DNA from: Vampirovibrio chlorellavorus
GTDB taxonomy: Bacteria; Cyanobacteriota; Vampirovibrionia; Vampirovibrionales; Vampirovibrionaceae
Direction: 5' to 3'
Length of the DNA: 64,000 bases
Assembly (NCBI GenBank): GCA_003149345.1
Contig: QFWI01000019.1
Span: 61,397-125,396, forward strand
Of this stretch, positions 8,612 to 19,876 are shown piece after piece. The translations under genes were made by a program, and so were the position numbers. A model generated the notes under the pieces. The model ran no database searches. It was not told the DNA's origin and was given only the letters and a program-made list of their open reading frames with translations. Every line of letters starts with the position of its first letter. Within the stretch, counting starts at the first letter, position 1.

Positions 8612-10645
8612 CTACAGGTGAGAAGCCTGATCCGGTGTTTGATGCCCCGGAGGCCCTGTATTGGCCAGCAGCCTGTCCTGAAACTGGTAGGTAAGCTCCA
8701 CCTGGTTGCCGTCGTTGCGTAAAGCGTCTGCTTTCAGGGCTTGAAGATGCCTGAGTCGTTGACAGTTGGCAAGCAAAGCGAGCTGTTCTTGCGCCAGATT
8801 CGTCACTTTGTCCTTAAATAATGAACCCTTGATGTCACCCAAGCCGATCGACTCGCAAAAAGACTCTGCCGTAAAGGCCAGTTCGGCGAATGTATGAATC
8901 ACGTCCGGTTTGTCAAAATATAAGTGATTCATTTTGTCGATCAAAGTTCCCACGAATCCATTATCCGATGGATCAGTCTTTGTTTCAAACTGGGCGGTAT
9001 CCAGGTTTTGCAAGCCGGTCAAAATCTCTTGATGAACCGGGTCATCAAAAGCCAGAGCGGTTTGCGCTTGTAGGAGACGCATCATGGTGAAGAAACTTTC
9101 AGTCGAGTACAGGGCAAGTTTCAGCAGGTTTTTTTCCACGGTAACCTGCCGGGAGGACAACTGGGCGCGAAGGACGGTGACGTTCTCGGTGGGTGCAACC
9201 TCGCTTCTCCTGAATGAAGTCGAACCCCCTTTGGAAATTGCTTTTTTTCGATCGGATTTTTGAAAACCGGCAAAGTTTCGGTTAGCCTGCGGGTTTCTGG
9301 CAGACTCGTAGCGTTTGACTTCCAAGGCCAGGGACTCTTCATCCAGACCAATTTGTTCGGAGAAGAGCTTTAGATATTCCGCTCGCATGGTGGGACGCTG
9401 AATGGCGGCCAAGAGAGGCGTTAAGCGATTGGCGGCCTGAATGCGCCCTTCCGGGCTGTGACAATCGATTCCCCGAATGGCCATGCCCAGCTTAAAGGTT
9501 AAAAAGTGCTGGGCTTCTTCCATTAAGGCCCGGAAGGCCTCCCCGCCATGCTGCCGGATAAAATCATCGGGGTCTTTGCCGTCGGGCACAATCAGCACCT
9601 TAATTTGCAAATCCCCGCTTTCGGCGTAAGGCTCAATCAGCTGGATAGCGCTTAAAGCCGCCTTTAGGCCCGCTTCATCCGAGTCAAAGGCCAGGTAAAC
9701 GGTCTGGGCCCCAAAGCGGGTCAGCAACTTCAGGTGGCTATCGGTCATGGCCGTGCCGCAGGAGCCCACCGCTTCCGTGATGCCGTGGAGGTGTGCGGTA
9801 ATGACGTCGAAGTAGCCTTCCATGATGATGGCCGTTCGACTGTGCCGAATGCTGTCCTTGGCCTGATGGAAGCCGTAGAGAACCTGACTTTTTTTGTATA
9901 GCAACGTTTCCGGGGAGTTCAGGTACTTGGGCTTATCCTCATCGCTGAGGGCGCGGCCCCCAAAGGCCACCACTTGTCCTTTTTCATCCTGGATGGGGAT
10001 GATCAGCCGATGTCGAAACCGATCGTATTGCCCCTGTCCGTGATCGCGCGTATTGGCCAGACCGGCAGTATTGAGTAAATCCGGGTTGGCCTGTACAAAA
10101 TCAAACTGGTTTTTGAGGTACGGGGTCAGGTTTTCCCACCCGGGCAGGGCATAGCCCAGATGGAAGGCCTGAATGGCTTGCTGACACTGTTGCGTGTCAG
10201 TGTATCGCTTGCTCAGGTACTGACGCACCTCCTGAGCAGCAGCGGTTTGGAGTTGCAGGGCAAACCACTGGCTGGCCGATTCATTGAGGGCCAGAATTTT
10301 TTGCCGGGCATCCCGCTGGATTTGTACAGTTTCGGCCTGCTGGCCTTCGTACTGAATGTCAATGCCCTGCTCCTGGGCCAGATCCCGGATGAGTTCCCCG
10401 AAGGTTTTATTTTCGATTTTCATTAAAAAGGTGAGAGAATCGCCGCCCACCCCGCAGGAAAAGCACTTAAAAATGCCTTTTTCCCGACTGACATTCATGG
10501 AGGGGCTTTTGTCGTTATGAAAAGGACACTTGCCCGTGTAGCTGCGCCCGGTTTTTTTCAGAACCACGTGCCGCTGGATGACATCCACAATGTCCAGCCC
10601 GCTTTTGACCCGCTCAGCGGCTTCCGCAAAGGTCAGGCGGCTCAT
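8612..10645 (-). CDS. dnaG: DNA primase
   Basis: 677 aa with the zinc ribbon ([30 protein letters not shown]) and the TOPRIM region ([17 protein letters not shown]...[10 protein letters not shown]). Its start overlaps the upstream gene stop by 4 nt (ATGA). Confidence 0.95.
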   Translation of the reverse strand: MSRLTFAEAAERVKSGLDIVDVIQRHVVLKKTGRSYTGKCPFHNDKSPSMNVSREKGIFKCFSCGVGGDSLTFLMKIENKTFGELIRDLAQEQGIDIQYEGQQAETVQIQRDARQKILALNESASQWFALQLQTAAAQEVRQYLSKRYTDTQQCQQAIQAFHLGYALPGWENLTPYLKNQFDFVQANPDLLNTAGLANTRDHGQGQYDRFRHRLIIPIQDEKGQVVAFGGRALSDEDKPKYLNSPETLLYKKSQVLYGFHQAKDSIRHSRTAIIMEGYFDVITAHLHGITEAVGSCGTAMTDSHLKLLTRFGAQTVYLAFDSDEAGLKAALSAIQLIEPYAESGDLQIKVLIVPDGKDPDDFIRQHGGEAFRALMEEAQHFLTFKLGMAIRGIDCHSPEGRIQAANRLTPLLAAIQRPTMRAEYLKLFSEQIGLDEESLALEVKRYESARNPQANRNFAGFQKSDRKKAISKGGSTSFRRSEVAPTENVTVLRAQLSSRQVTVEKNLLKLALYSTESFFTMMRLLQAQTALAFDDPVHQEILTGLQNLDTAQFETKTDPSDNGFVGTLIDKMNHLYFDKPDVIHTFAELAFTAESFCESIGLGDIKGSLFKDKVTNLAQEQLALLANCQRLRHLQALKADALRNDGNQVELTYQFQDRLLANTGPPGHQTPDQASHL

Positions 10646-11691
10646 TGGGTTAATTCCCCGGAGAACATATTGACGCTAAAGGCCCGGTAGGCTTGCGGCA
10701 GCAGGTAATTCTTGTAGGCCTCTATGGCAAAGCGGTCGGTCATGCCGGAGATATAATCCAGAATGCGCCGCTCCAGCGAATCGGATGCGGGCAGGTTGGG
10801 GCTGAGGGCTTCCGGGTGCTTGCTGTAGAACTCGTACAGGGCCAACAGCATGCGGCGCACGTTTTCGGTTTGCTCCATGCGCTGCGGGGCCAGATAGATG
10901 TTGTCAAACATCCACTGCCGCAAGGCCATCATGGCTGCCCAGGTTTCAGCGGACAACGCGATGGTGGGGTTTCCTTCGTTTAAATTTTGAGCGCTGGTGC
11001 GGACCATATCGCTCACCATGCAATCCAGTCGCTCCAGCCGATTGGCCCCTAAAGCCGTTCGGATGGCCTGAGGGAGATCGTTGTCCTGCATAATCCCGGC
11101 CCGTCGGGCATCTTCCACATCGTGGTGGAGGTAAGCCATGCGGTCTGCAATGTCTACAATCTGGGCTTCCAGTGTCAGAAAAGAAGGTTTTTCCGGGGTC
11201 AGCCCTTCCATGCCGTCCAGCACTTCCCGGGTCAGGTTCAGGGGTTCCAGCACGGTCACGATGCGCAAGCCCTGTTCCTGATGATGATAGCCCAGCGGGG
11301 AAAGCTCGTTGAGGACGTGTTCGCCGGTGTGTCCAAAAGGCGGATGCCCCAGATCGTGAGCCAGGGCAATGCTTTCGGTTAAATCTTCGTTCAGGCGCAA
11401 GGCCCGGGCAATGGTGCGGGAAACCTGGGCCACTTCCAGGGTGTGGGTCAGGCGGGTCCGGTAATGATCGCCCATGGGGGCAATGAACATTTGGGTTTTG
11501 TGCTTGAGTCGGCGGAAGGCTTTCGAGTGCAGGATGCGATCCCGGTCTCGCTGGAAGTCAGTACGAATTGGGCAAGCGTTTTCCGCTTTTAGTCGTCCCA
11601 AAGAGGTCGCACTACGTGCTGCCAGCGGATGCAGCCATTGTGCCTCTAGCGCTTCTGTGGACTCCCGAATCTCCAAAACACCCGCTGTCAC
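10642..11691 (-). CDS. dgt: dGTPase-like HD-domain triphosphohydrolase
   Basis: 349 aa with FQRDRDRILHSKAFRRLKHKTQ...RTRLTHTLEVAQVSR...AHDLGHPPFGH, typical of the dGTP triphosphohydrolase-like family. The start codon is GTG. Confidence 0.85.
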   Translation of the reverse strand: MTAGVLEIRESTEALEAQWLHPLAARSATSLGRLKAENACPIRTDFQRDRDRILHSKAFRRLKHKTQMFIAPMGDHYRTRLTHTLEVAQVSRTIARALRLNEDLTESIALAHDLGHPPFGHTGEHVLNELSPLGYHHQEQGLRIVTVLEPLNLTREVLDGMEGLTPEKPSFLTLEAQIVDIADRMAYLHHDVEDARRAGIMQDNDLPQAIRTALGANRLERLDCMVSDMVRTSAQNLNEGNPTIALSAETWAAMMALRQWMFDNIYLAPQRMEQTENVRRMLLALYEFYSKHPEALSPNLPASDSLERRILDYISGMTDRFAIEAYKNYLLPQAYRAFSVNMFSGELTQ

Positions 11692-12036
11692 GATTTTTCC
11701 TTACCTGTTCCTTCATACCTGCCTGATCGACTGTGAGAACTGCCGCTGGTTGTTTTTGTGGGCGGCCAGGCCCGAACAGTGCCATTCATTCGGCTGGATG
11801 ATGGTGATTACGTCAGGGCCAAGGATGGATTCAATTGCATTAATGAGACGGGCCACCTACAGGATCGTTTCATCAATAATTAAGATGAATAGACTAGCAC
11901 AGAAGGGGCGCTATCATCCACATTTGTGAAGTGAGTATGATGGCCCAACCTTTTTCGGTTACGGGTAGGGGTGTTAGACTGATGGCTGTGTACGCTTTGG
12001 TAAATGCTTTGTTTTGAGGAAGGGTCTGTGCAGCAA

Positions 12037-12747
12037 ATGGCGAACTGTCTGGAATTATTGAGGGGTGGGGTTGTGGTTTCGGTTCAGGCCTCTCAGGGGG
12101 AGCCGCTGGATCGGCCCGAGATCCTGTGTGCCCTGGCCGAATCTGCCTTGAATGGCGGGGCTTGTGCCGTGCGTATGGCTCAGCCCGGTAATATGCAGTT
12201 CTTCAGGCGGCGGCACCCGCAAGTGCCTTTGATTGGAATCACCAAGCCGGAGCGGATTCCCGAAAACGCCCATAATCTGGTGTATATCACCCCTGGCTTT
12301 GCCGATGTGCAAAGTATTGCTGGTTGCTGTGACATTGTGGCGCTGGATGCCACCCTGCGGCCCCGGCCTTCTGGCGAAACCTTGGCGGAGATTGTGGCTC
12401 AAACCCGTGCAGCTTATCCGAATTTATTGCTCATGGCGGATGTTTCAACCCCGAAAGAGGGGCTAAATGCGCAAACATTGGGTTTTGACCTGATTGGCAC
12501 CACGTTGTCCGGCTATACCGCCGAAACGTTGTCCCGAAAAGATCAGGGGCCGGACTTTGAGTTACTGGAGGGTTTGGTGGCAGTGGTGGACATTCCGGTG
12601 ATCATGGAAGGCCGATTGTGGGAACCTTCGGAAGTGGCAAAAGCCATTGCTTTGGGTGCTTTTGCCGTGGTGATTGGCTCGGCGGTGACTCGTCCCCACG
12701 AAATTACCCGGCGTTTCGTGCAGGCCGCCTCACCTCACTCGGCATAA
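12037..12747 (+). CDS. nanE: Putative N-acetylmannosamine-6-phosphate 2-epimerase
   Basis: ORF 12004..12747. The translation (GGVVVSVQA...GACAVRM...IGITK...DIVALDAT.RPRP...LLMADVST.EG...GFDLIGTTLSGYT...IPVIMEGR...GAFAVVIGSAVTRP) matches the NanE barrel pattern. The ATG at 12037 has GAGGAAGGG upstream. Confidence 0.8.
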   Translation: MANCLELLRGGVVVSVQASQGEPLDRPEILCALAESALNGGACAVRMAQPGNMQFFRRRHPQVPLIGITKPERIPENAHNLVYITPGFADVQSIAGCCDIVALDATLRPRPSGETLAEIVAQTRAAYPNLLLMADVSTPKEGLNAQTLGFDLIGTTLSGYTAETLSRKDQGPDFELLEGLVAVVDIPVIMEGRLWEPSEVAKAIALGAFAVVIGSAVTRPHEITRRFVQAASPHSA

Positions 12748-12969
12748 TACTCGGTATAGCGACAGACATCCCTCTTTAAAATTGGCAGTTGGCAAAATTT
12801 GCATCTGAATTGTCCCTGCCCTACAATAAAGCGCTATTAAATTCATGCTCTTCAGCAAAGCGCGAATTTAAAGCAATCTGGAAAGACACACTCATAACAA
12901 AGCATGTTGCCGGGATTTAGCAACAGGTAAATCCTCACAATCCTCTTATAACCAAGGAGTCACCCAGGC

Positions 12970-14250
12970 ATGTCCACTTCTCGCTACCTATTTACCTCCG
13001 AGTCCGTGACCGAAGGGCATCCCGATAAAATTTGCGACCAGATTTCCGATTCCATTCTGGACGCTTTTTTAACCCAGGATCCCAAGGCCCGTGTTGCCGC
13101 TGAAACCTCTGTCACCACTGGTTTGGTGCTGGTCAGTGGGGAGATTACGGCGAACTGTTATGTGGATATCGCCTCCGTGGTGCGTAAAACCGTTCAGGAC
13201 ATTGGCTACGTGGGAGAATCTTCCGGTGGCTTTGACGGCAGAACCTGCGCCGTTTTGCTGAGCATTGACGAGCAGTCTGTCGATATCGCCGGTGGTGTGG
13301 ATCAGGCTCATGAAGTCCGTGGCAAGCTCTCCGACGATGAAATTGACAAGATTGGCGCTGGCGATCAGGGTATTATGTTTGGGTTTGCCTGCAACGAAAC
13401 CAAGGAGCTGATGCCCCTGCCCATTCAGGTGGCTCATGCTTTGGCCCGTCAGTTGACCACTGTGCGTAAAAATGGCACGTTACCCTACCTGCGTCCCGAC
13501 GGTAAGTCTCAGGTGACTGTGGAGTATGTCAACGACAAGCCGCACCGCATTGATACCGTGGTCATCAGCACCCAGCACGACCCGGCGATTGGGGGCGAAA
13601 CCGACAACACCAAGATTCAGCAACGCATTGACGCTGACCTGCGTAAATTCGTCATTGACGAAGTGTTCAAGCATTTTGATGTGAAGCCGGACGCCAATAC
13701 CAAGTACTTCATCAACCCAAGCGGCCGCTTTGTCATTGGTGGCCCTCAGGGCGACGCCGGTTTGACGGGCCGTAAAATCATTGTAGACACCTATGGCGGT
13801 TACGCTCGTCACGGTGGTGGCGCTTTCTCGGGCAAAGATCCCACAAAAGTGGATCGTTCCGCTGCTTACGCCGCCCGCTACGTGGCCAAAAATATTGTGG
13901 CCGCTGGTCTGGCTGAAAAATGTGAGATCCAGATTGGTTACGCCATCGGGGTGGCTCGTCCCATGTCCATTAACGTAAACACCTGGGGCACCGGTAAGCT
14001 CAGCGACAGCGAGCTGGCTACTTTGGTCGAGCAGCATTTTGATCTGCGCCCGGCTGCCATTATCCAGAACTTTGATCTGCAAGGGCTGCCTTCCAAAAAT
14101 AATGGCCGCTTCTACCACAATGTGGCTGCTTACGGTCACTTGGGCCGCCCGGATCTGGATTTGCCCTGGGAGCGTCTGGACAAAGTAGAGGCCTTGCGTC
14201 AAGCGACTGCCTCCCGGTTGTCTGAAACCCCTGTAGCTGCTGCCGTATAG
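12970..14250 (+). CDS. metK: S-adenosylmethionine synthetase
   Basis: 426 aa: [20 protein letters not shown]...[12 protein letters not shown]...[25 protein letters not shown] lies 9 nt upstream of the ATG. Confidence 0.97.
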   Translation: MSTSRYLFTSESVTEGHPDKICDQISDSILDAFLTQDPKARVAAETSVTTGLVLVSGEITANCYVDIASVVRKTVQDIGYVGESSGGFDGRTCAVLLSIDEQSVDIAGGVDQAHEVRGKLSDDEIDKIGAGDQGIMFGFACNETKELMPLPIQVAHALARQLTTVRKNGTLPYLRPDGKSQVTVEYVNDKPHRIDTVVISTQHDPAIGGETDNTKIQQRIDADLRKFVIDEVFKHFDVKPDANTKYFINPSGRFVIGGPQGDAGLTGRKIIVDTYGGYARHGGGAFSGKDPTKVDRSAAYAARYVAKNIVAAGLAEKCEIQIGYAIGVARPMSINVNTWGTGKLSDSELATLVEQHFDLRPAAIIQNFDLQGLPSKNNGRFYHNVAAYGHLGRPDLDLPWERLDKVEALRQATASRLSETPVAAAV

Positions 14251-14294
14251 GGTTTTTATCCCGGTTTTTCGGCAAGCCGCGGAGTTTTAATTGT

Positions 14295-14345
14295 AAAAAA
14301 CACTCAATCCTGCGCCCTCTGCGGATTGAGTGTTTTTAATTTTGC
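14295..14345 (+). terminator. Rho-independent terminator downstream of metK
   Basis: acactcaatcc (14300-14310) pairs with ggattgagtgt (14323-14333), with 2 further GC pairs and a 7-nt loop, followed by tttttaatttt. Confidence 0.7.
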
Positions 14346-14515
14346 TCATATACTTTGATCTAGAGAGAGCGATACAATAAAGGTGTGTCATGTGTTAGCA
14401 TTGTAATATTGCTTGCAATGCACTGTGGATTTATTACTCGCTCACAATTCAGTCGTTTTCACTGTCTAGCTCAACTGAATCAGCCTTTCCCCGTTTTGAG
14501 GTGTTAAAACAGTCA

Positions 14516-15823
14516 ATGCACATTCTGGTAAGCGGCGTCAGACATCGTACAGCCCCTATTGAGGTGCGGGAAAAATTTGCCCTGCTGGAAGGTGAAGTTT
14601 CTGCGGCGCTGAAGGTGCTGAAAGCCTGTGCCGGTATTGAAGAATGTGCCATTCTCACCACTTGCAACCGTACCGAAATTTATGCGGTAGTCCGGGATAC
14701 GGAGTTGGGCTTGCAGTCTGTCCAGCAGTTTTACAAGATTTTCAAGGGGCTGGATATCGTTCCTTATCGTCAGTACACGTTTAATTTGCTCCACGAAGAC
14801 GCTGTGTCTCACCTGTTTCGGGTGGCTTCCGGTTTGGATAGCCTGATTATTGGCGAGGGGCAGATTATGGGGCAGGTCAAGGAGACTTTGGCGCTCGCTC
14901 AGCGTGAAAAAACAGTGGGATTGTTGCTCGATAAGCTCTTTAAAGCCGCCTTGAGCGTGGGTAAGCGAGTTCGCTCCGAAACGGGGCTTGCCGATAAGGA
15001 TGTCAGTGTCTCTCTGGCTGCCTTCCACTTTGCCAAAAAGCAGGATCCGCAATTGATGGATCGTCGAATCGCTTTGATCGGCGGCGGCAAGATGGCTGAA
15101 ATTGTCATGTCTCTGTTCAAGCAAGGCATGACCCCAGAGCAGCAGTCCAACGTGGTGGTTCTCAATCGCAGTCAGGCCCGTCTGGATGAGTTGTGCGAGC
15201 GCTATGGATACCGGGGCTACACCTGGGATCAGTTGGATGTGGTTCTAAACCACGCCGAGGTGTTGTTTGTGGCCACCGGCGCTCCGCATGTCGTATTGGG
15301 GAAAGCCGATTTTGAAGGGCGTGGCTCCAAACTGGTCATTGATATTGCGGTTCCACGGAACGTGGATGCCCGAGTCTCTGAGCTGAGTGAAATCCAGCTA
15401 TTCAATACCGATGATTTGGCGGGTTTGAACGGGTTTTCCGGCGAGGCTCAGCGTCAAATCAAACAGCAGGCCCAGTCCATTTTGGAGGAAGAGTGTATTG
15501 CCTTCCAGCAATGGCGTATGTCTTTGTCTGTGGTGCCCACTTTAACCCGTCTGCGGGAGAAGGTGGAGAGCATTCGTCAGGCTGAACTGGCGGCCAACCC
15601 ATCCCTGGGCAAGCAATATGAACTGATTGACGTGGTGTCCAAAAACCTCATCCGCAAGATTTTGCACGACCCCACGGTCCGCCTGAAGAGTTCTCGCAAT
15701 CTGGCAGAAATTTACCAGCAGGCCTCCGTCCTGAGTCACCTCTTTGATATTGATTTGAGTACCGATGTGGAGTCCCCTCCGGCGGAGTCTGCCGCTTTGT
15801 GGGACAATACGGCATCGGCCTAA
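14516..15823 (+). CDS. hemA: Glutamyl-tRNA reductase
   Basis: ORF 14501..15823 (GTG). The ATG at 14516 gives MHILVSGVRHRTAPIEVREKF..., with the active-site region ILTTCNRTEIY and the NADPH site LIGGGKMAE. Confidence 0.9.
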   Translation: MHILVSGVRHRTAPIEVREKFALLEGEVSAALKVLKACAGIEECAILTTCNRTEIYAVVRDTELGLQSVQQFYKIFKGLDIVPYRQYTFNLLHEDAVSHLFRVASGLDSLIIGEGQIMGQVKETLALAQREKTVGLLLDKLFKAALSVGKRVRSETGLADKDVSVSLAAFHFAKKQDPQLMDRRIALIGGGKMAEIVMSLFKQGMTPEQQSNVVVLNRSQARLDELCERYGYRGYTWDQLDVVLNHAEVLFVATGAPHVVLGKADFEGRGSKLVIDIAVPRNVDARVSELSEIQLFNTDDLAGLNGFSGEAQRQIKQQAQSILEEECIAFQQWRMSLSVVPTLTRLREKVESIRQAELAANPSLGKQYELIDVVSKNLIRKILHDPTVRLKSSRNLAEIYQQASVLSHLFDIDLSTDVESPPAESAALWDNTASA

Positions 15824-15836
15824 AGGGTTTTTACCG

Positions 15837-16772
15837 ATGATGACTGAAAAATTAGTGCGGCTGGGTAGCCGGGAAAGTCCTCTGGCTTTGGCTCAGACCC
15901 ATCAGGTGGCGGACGCCCTGCGGCGGCAATGGCCACAAGTGCAGGTGGAGATTCACACCTTCAAGACCCAGGGCGATATCATTCTGGATACGGCTTTGTC
16001 CAAAGCCGGGGACAAGGGCTTGTTCGTCAAGGAGCTGGAAGTGGCCTTGCTGGAGGGTCACATTGATGTGGCCGTTCACAGTATGAAAGACATGCCGGGT
16101 GAATTGCCGGATGGATTGGCCTTGGTTTCCTTCGGGGAGCGGGAAGACGCCCGGGATGTGTTATTGAGCAAAAATTCGGTGCCTTTTGAGGCCCTGCCTG
16201 CCGGAGCCGTGATCGGTACTTCGTCCCTGCGCCGAGAGGCCCAGTTGCGCCGTCTGCGACCTGATTTGACCTACCAGGTGATTCGGGGAAACCTGCAAAC
16301 CCGTTACCGCAAGTTGGAAGAAGGGCCCTATGAGGCCATCGTGCTGGCTGCCGCCGGGATCAGGCGGCTAGGCTGGCAGGAGCGCATTACTCAGGCTTTT
16401 GACGCTTGGGAGCAGAGCATTCCCGCAGTGGCTCAGGGGATTCTGGGGCTGGAATTCCGGGTGGACGATGAGGGGATTCGCAACCTGATACAGCCTTTAC
16501 AGCAATCTGCCGTGGAAGTGGCCCGCTTGGCCGAACGTGCCGTATTGACCACCCTGGCCGGGGGCTGCCAATTGCCCTTGGGGGCTTACTGCCGCCCTTG
16601 TCCGCAAGGCTATGAGATGAAGGGCGTGGTCTTATCCCTGGATGGTCGGGAGGCTGTGTATGCCCACACCGTGTTTGATGCCCCGGATGCTGTGAGTGCC
16701 GGAAACCGATTGGCCCAAGACCTTTTACAGCAGGGTGGGCAAGCGATTTTAGCAGTCATTCGGCCCGCTTGA
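15837..16772 (+). CDS. hemC: Porphobilinogen deaminase (hydroxymethylbilane synthase)
   Basis: ORF 15765..16772. The ATG at 15837 gives MMTEKLVRLGSRESPLALAQT...KTQGD...GLFVKELE...DVAVHSMKD...GTSSLRR. Starting here removes the overlap with the hemA 3' end. Confidence 0.9.
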   Translation: MMTEKLVRLGSRESPLALAQTHQVADALRRQWPQVQVEIHTFKTQGDIILDTALSKAGDKGLFVKELEVALLEGHIDVAVHSMKDMPGELPDGLALVSFGEREDARDVLLSKNSVPFEALPAGAVIGTSSLRREAQLRRLRPDLTYQVIRGNLQTRYRKLEEGPYEAIVLAAAGIRRLGWQERITQAFDAWEQSIPAVAQGILGLEFRVDDEGIRNLIQPLQQSAVEVARLAERAVLTTLAGGCQLPLGAYCRPCPQGYEMKGVVLSLDGREAVYAHTVFDAPDAVSAGNRLAQDLLQQGGQAILAVIRPA

Positions 16773-16836
16773 GGCATTCCCTGGTTGTCTCCTGAGGCGT
16801 CCACTAGTGCCCCCCTGAGGCATCCAGAAGGGCCGC

Positions 16837-17277
16837 TTAATTCTCCAGAATGAACGTGACTGGGCCATCGTTGACCAGTGAGACTTGCATATCGGCCCCA
16901 AAAACGCCCGTTTCCACGCTCAGGTGACTGGTTTCCCGCAGTTTTTCCACCAGTTGCAAGTACAGTTGCTCGGCTTCCTTAGGGGCCTTGGCGTTGTCAA
17001 AGCCGGGCCGATTGCCCTTGCGGCAGTCTCCGGCCAGGGTGAATTGGGACACCACCAGTATGCCGCCCTGAATATCCTGCACGGAACGGTTCATTTTGCC
17101 TTGCTCATCGGGAAAAATGCGCAGCTTGAGCAGTTTACCCACGTGGTAATCCAGTTTGCTAGCGTCATCGTCTTTTTCCACGCCAAATAAGACCAGCAAG
17201 CCTTGGCCAATTTGGCCCACGACGCTTTGATCCACCATCACGTAGGCCTGAGAGACTCGTTGAATGACGCATTTCAC
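16837..17277 (-). CDS. dtd: D-aminoacyl-tRNA deacylase
   Basis: 146 aa: MKCVIQRV...GLLVLFGV...SQFTLAGDCRKGNRPGF... Confidence 0.9.
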   Translation of the reverse strand: MKCVIQRVSQAYVMVDQSVVGQIGQGLLVLFGVEKDDDASKLDYHVGKLLKLRIFPDEQGKMNRSVQDIQGGILVVSQFTLAGDCRKGNRPGFDNAKAPKEAEQLYLQLVEKLRETSHLSVETGVFGADMQVSLVNDGPVTFILEN

Positions 17278-17298
17278 TGGGAGGAAGCGTCCCTCTAC

Positions 17299-17778
17299 CT
17301 AAACGGTTGTCGGGGCGGCAATCCCGGTGGAGCCGAATCCACCTTGCCGACCTTCAACGAGGGCCACTTCCTCGGCCTCCGTCCACTGCACCTGGGTGAC
17401 CGGGGCAATGACCAACTGGGCGATGCGATCGCCGGGCTGAATGGTGAAGGCTTCGTTGGACAGGTTGATGAGGGCCACTTTAACCTCGTGGCGGTAGTCG
17501 CTATCAATGGTGCCCACCCCGTTGGCCAGACAAATGCCGTGCTTGATGGCCAGCCCGCTGCGGGCCCGCACCTGACATTCGTAGCCTTCCGGCAGCATCA
17601 TGACAAAGCCGGTGGGGACTAGAGCCCGTTCCAACGGTTGCAAGGTCAGTGGTACCCCAATGGCCGCCTGTACGTCCATACCTGCCGAACCGGGCGTGGC
17701 GTAAGCGGGCAAATGCTTTGGGGCGTGGGCCAGTCGGTGAATGGCCACCTGAATGGTTTGTTGGGTCATGGTTTCCAT
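17299..17778 (-). CDS. dut: dUTP diphosphatase
   Basis: ORF 17299..17874. The ATG at 17778 (METMTQQ...) avoids overlap with tpiA. Motifs: ATPGSAGMDV, RSGLAIKHGI, GTIDSDYRHEV, GGFGSTG. Confidence 0.9.
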   Translation of the reverse strand: METMTQQTIQVAIHRLAHAPKHLPAYATPGSAGMDVQAAIGVPLTLQPLERALVPTGFVMMLPEGYECQVRARSGLAIKHGICLANGVGTIDSDYRHEVKVALINLSNEAFTIQPGDRIAQLVIAPVTQVQWTEAEEVALVEGRQGGFGSTGIAAPTTV

Positions 17779-17788
17779 GGCGCTTCTC

Positions 17789-18574
17789 CTAGACCGACAC
17801 AGGGCTGGCGCACTGAATAATGGCGAAAAAGCTGTCCGCTTCCAGGCTGGCGCCGCCCACCAGGCCGCCGTCAATGTCGCTTTGGCTCATCAGGGCTTGG
17901 GCGTTATCCGCTTTCATGCTGCCCCCGTACAGAATGCGAGTGTGTTCGGCGGTACCGTATTCACCTACAAAGTGACGAATCAGGCCGCAAACCCGATTGG
18001 CTTCGGCGGCTTCGCAGACTTTGCCGGTACCGATGGCCCAAACGGGTTCATAGGCAATCACAATTTTGGGTAAATCGCTGGCTTGCAGCTGGCTGCATAC
18101 GGCCCGGATCTGTTGCTCAATCACCGCGTCGGTCAAGCCGTTTTCCCGTTCCTGTAATTCTTCTCCCACACAGACGATGGGGGTTAGGCCGTGTTTGAGG
18201 GCAGCCAATGTTTTGGCGGTAACGGTCTCATCGCTTTCGTTGAAGTATTGACGGCGCTCGCTGTGACCCAGTACCACCCAACGCACGCCGATATCCGTCA
18301 GCATCAGGGGGGAAATTTCACCGGTATAGGCGCCGTTGTCCCGGCTTTCCATGGTTTGGGCGGCCACAATAAAGGGCGCACCCAATTTTTCCACCTGTTG
18401 CTTTACGGTGCTTAATGCGGTAAACGGCGCACACAGGACGATTTCCGGCAGCTCGCTACCCTTGAGTGCTTGTACTTTTTGCCAAAGGGCATCCACAAAG
18501 GCGCTGGCCTCCTGAGTGGTTTTAAACATTTTCCAGTTGCCGGCAATAACGGGGCGGCGGGGGGTAGCCATCAA
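17789..18574 (-). CDS. tpiA: Triosephosphate isomerase
   Basis: 261 aa: VIAGNWKM...VVLGHSERR...VCVGE...IAYEPVWAIGTG...ILYGGS. Confidence 0.95.
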   Translation of the reverse strand: MMATPRRPVIAGNWKMFKTTQEASAFVDALWQKVQALKGSELPEIVLCAPFTALSTVKQQVEKLGAPFIVAAQTMESRDNGAYTGEISPLMLTDIGVRWVVLGHSERRQYFNESDETVTAKTLAALKHGLTPIVCVGEELQERENGLTDAVIEQQIRAVCSQLQASDLPKIVIAYEPVWAIGTGKVCEAAEANRVCGLIRHFVGEYGTAEHTRILYGGSMKADNAQALMSQSDIDGGLVGGASLEADSFFAIIQCASPVSV

Positions 18575-18673
18575 TCTCTCTCCTGCGAAATGGGGTTCAA
18601 CTCAAACTATTTGCGCTTGGCAAAGGGGGATATAGCCAGAGGGGAGCAAACGCTCCCCTCTGAAATGTTGCGA

Positions 18674-19714
<1,041 letters not shown>

Positions 19715-19876
19715 CTAAAGTTCATACGGCTGATACAGCCAAAATAACTGCCAAATCAATATATCACAAGCAAAGTGCAAACGCTTGGTCGGCGCTTTCC
19801 CTGACCCCGGTTCAGGGAAAGCGGCTTGTCTGGGTGGTCTGCCCTGTGCGTTGGCCTTTAACCGGTTGGGTTGGCG

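Noticed and set aside
12905-12934. Possible SAM riboswitch / H-type pseudoknot in the metK leader (tgttgc/gcaaca interleaved with ggattta/taaatcc)
   Set aside because: The connecting loops would be only 2, 0 and 2 nt, which is sterically implausible for a pseudoknot. The two hairpins are more likely alternatives or chance. I see no SAM-I/II/V consensus, and the structure is 35 nt from the SD. cmsearch with the SAM riboswitch models would settle it.
14400-14470. Possible degenerate third copy of the conserved intergenic element upstream of hemA (hairpin gcattgtaa-tattgc-ttgcaatgc, then tttatt ACTCGCTCAC..TCAG.C.GTT)
   Set aside because: The similarity is limited to about 10 contiguous nt plus scattered matches and the general hairpin-plus-T-run layout. 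That is too weak to call without a computed alignment.
16791-16826. 13-bp direct repeat cctgaggc(g/a)tcca, two copies 23 bp apart, between hemC and dtd
   Set aside because: It is short, has only two copies with one mismatch, and lies in a 64-bp convergent spacer. It is most likely chance or part of a weak terminator region.
19794-19822. 11-bp stem hairpin gctttccctga-ccccggt-tcagggaaagc between the AMIN-like gene and gap
   Set aside because: It is a real inverted repeat but has no U-tract on the relevant (minus) strand. I could not decide between a terminator and an operator, so it is not listed as a feature.
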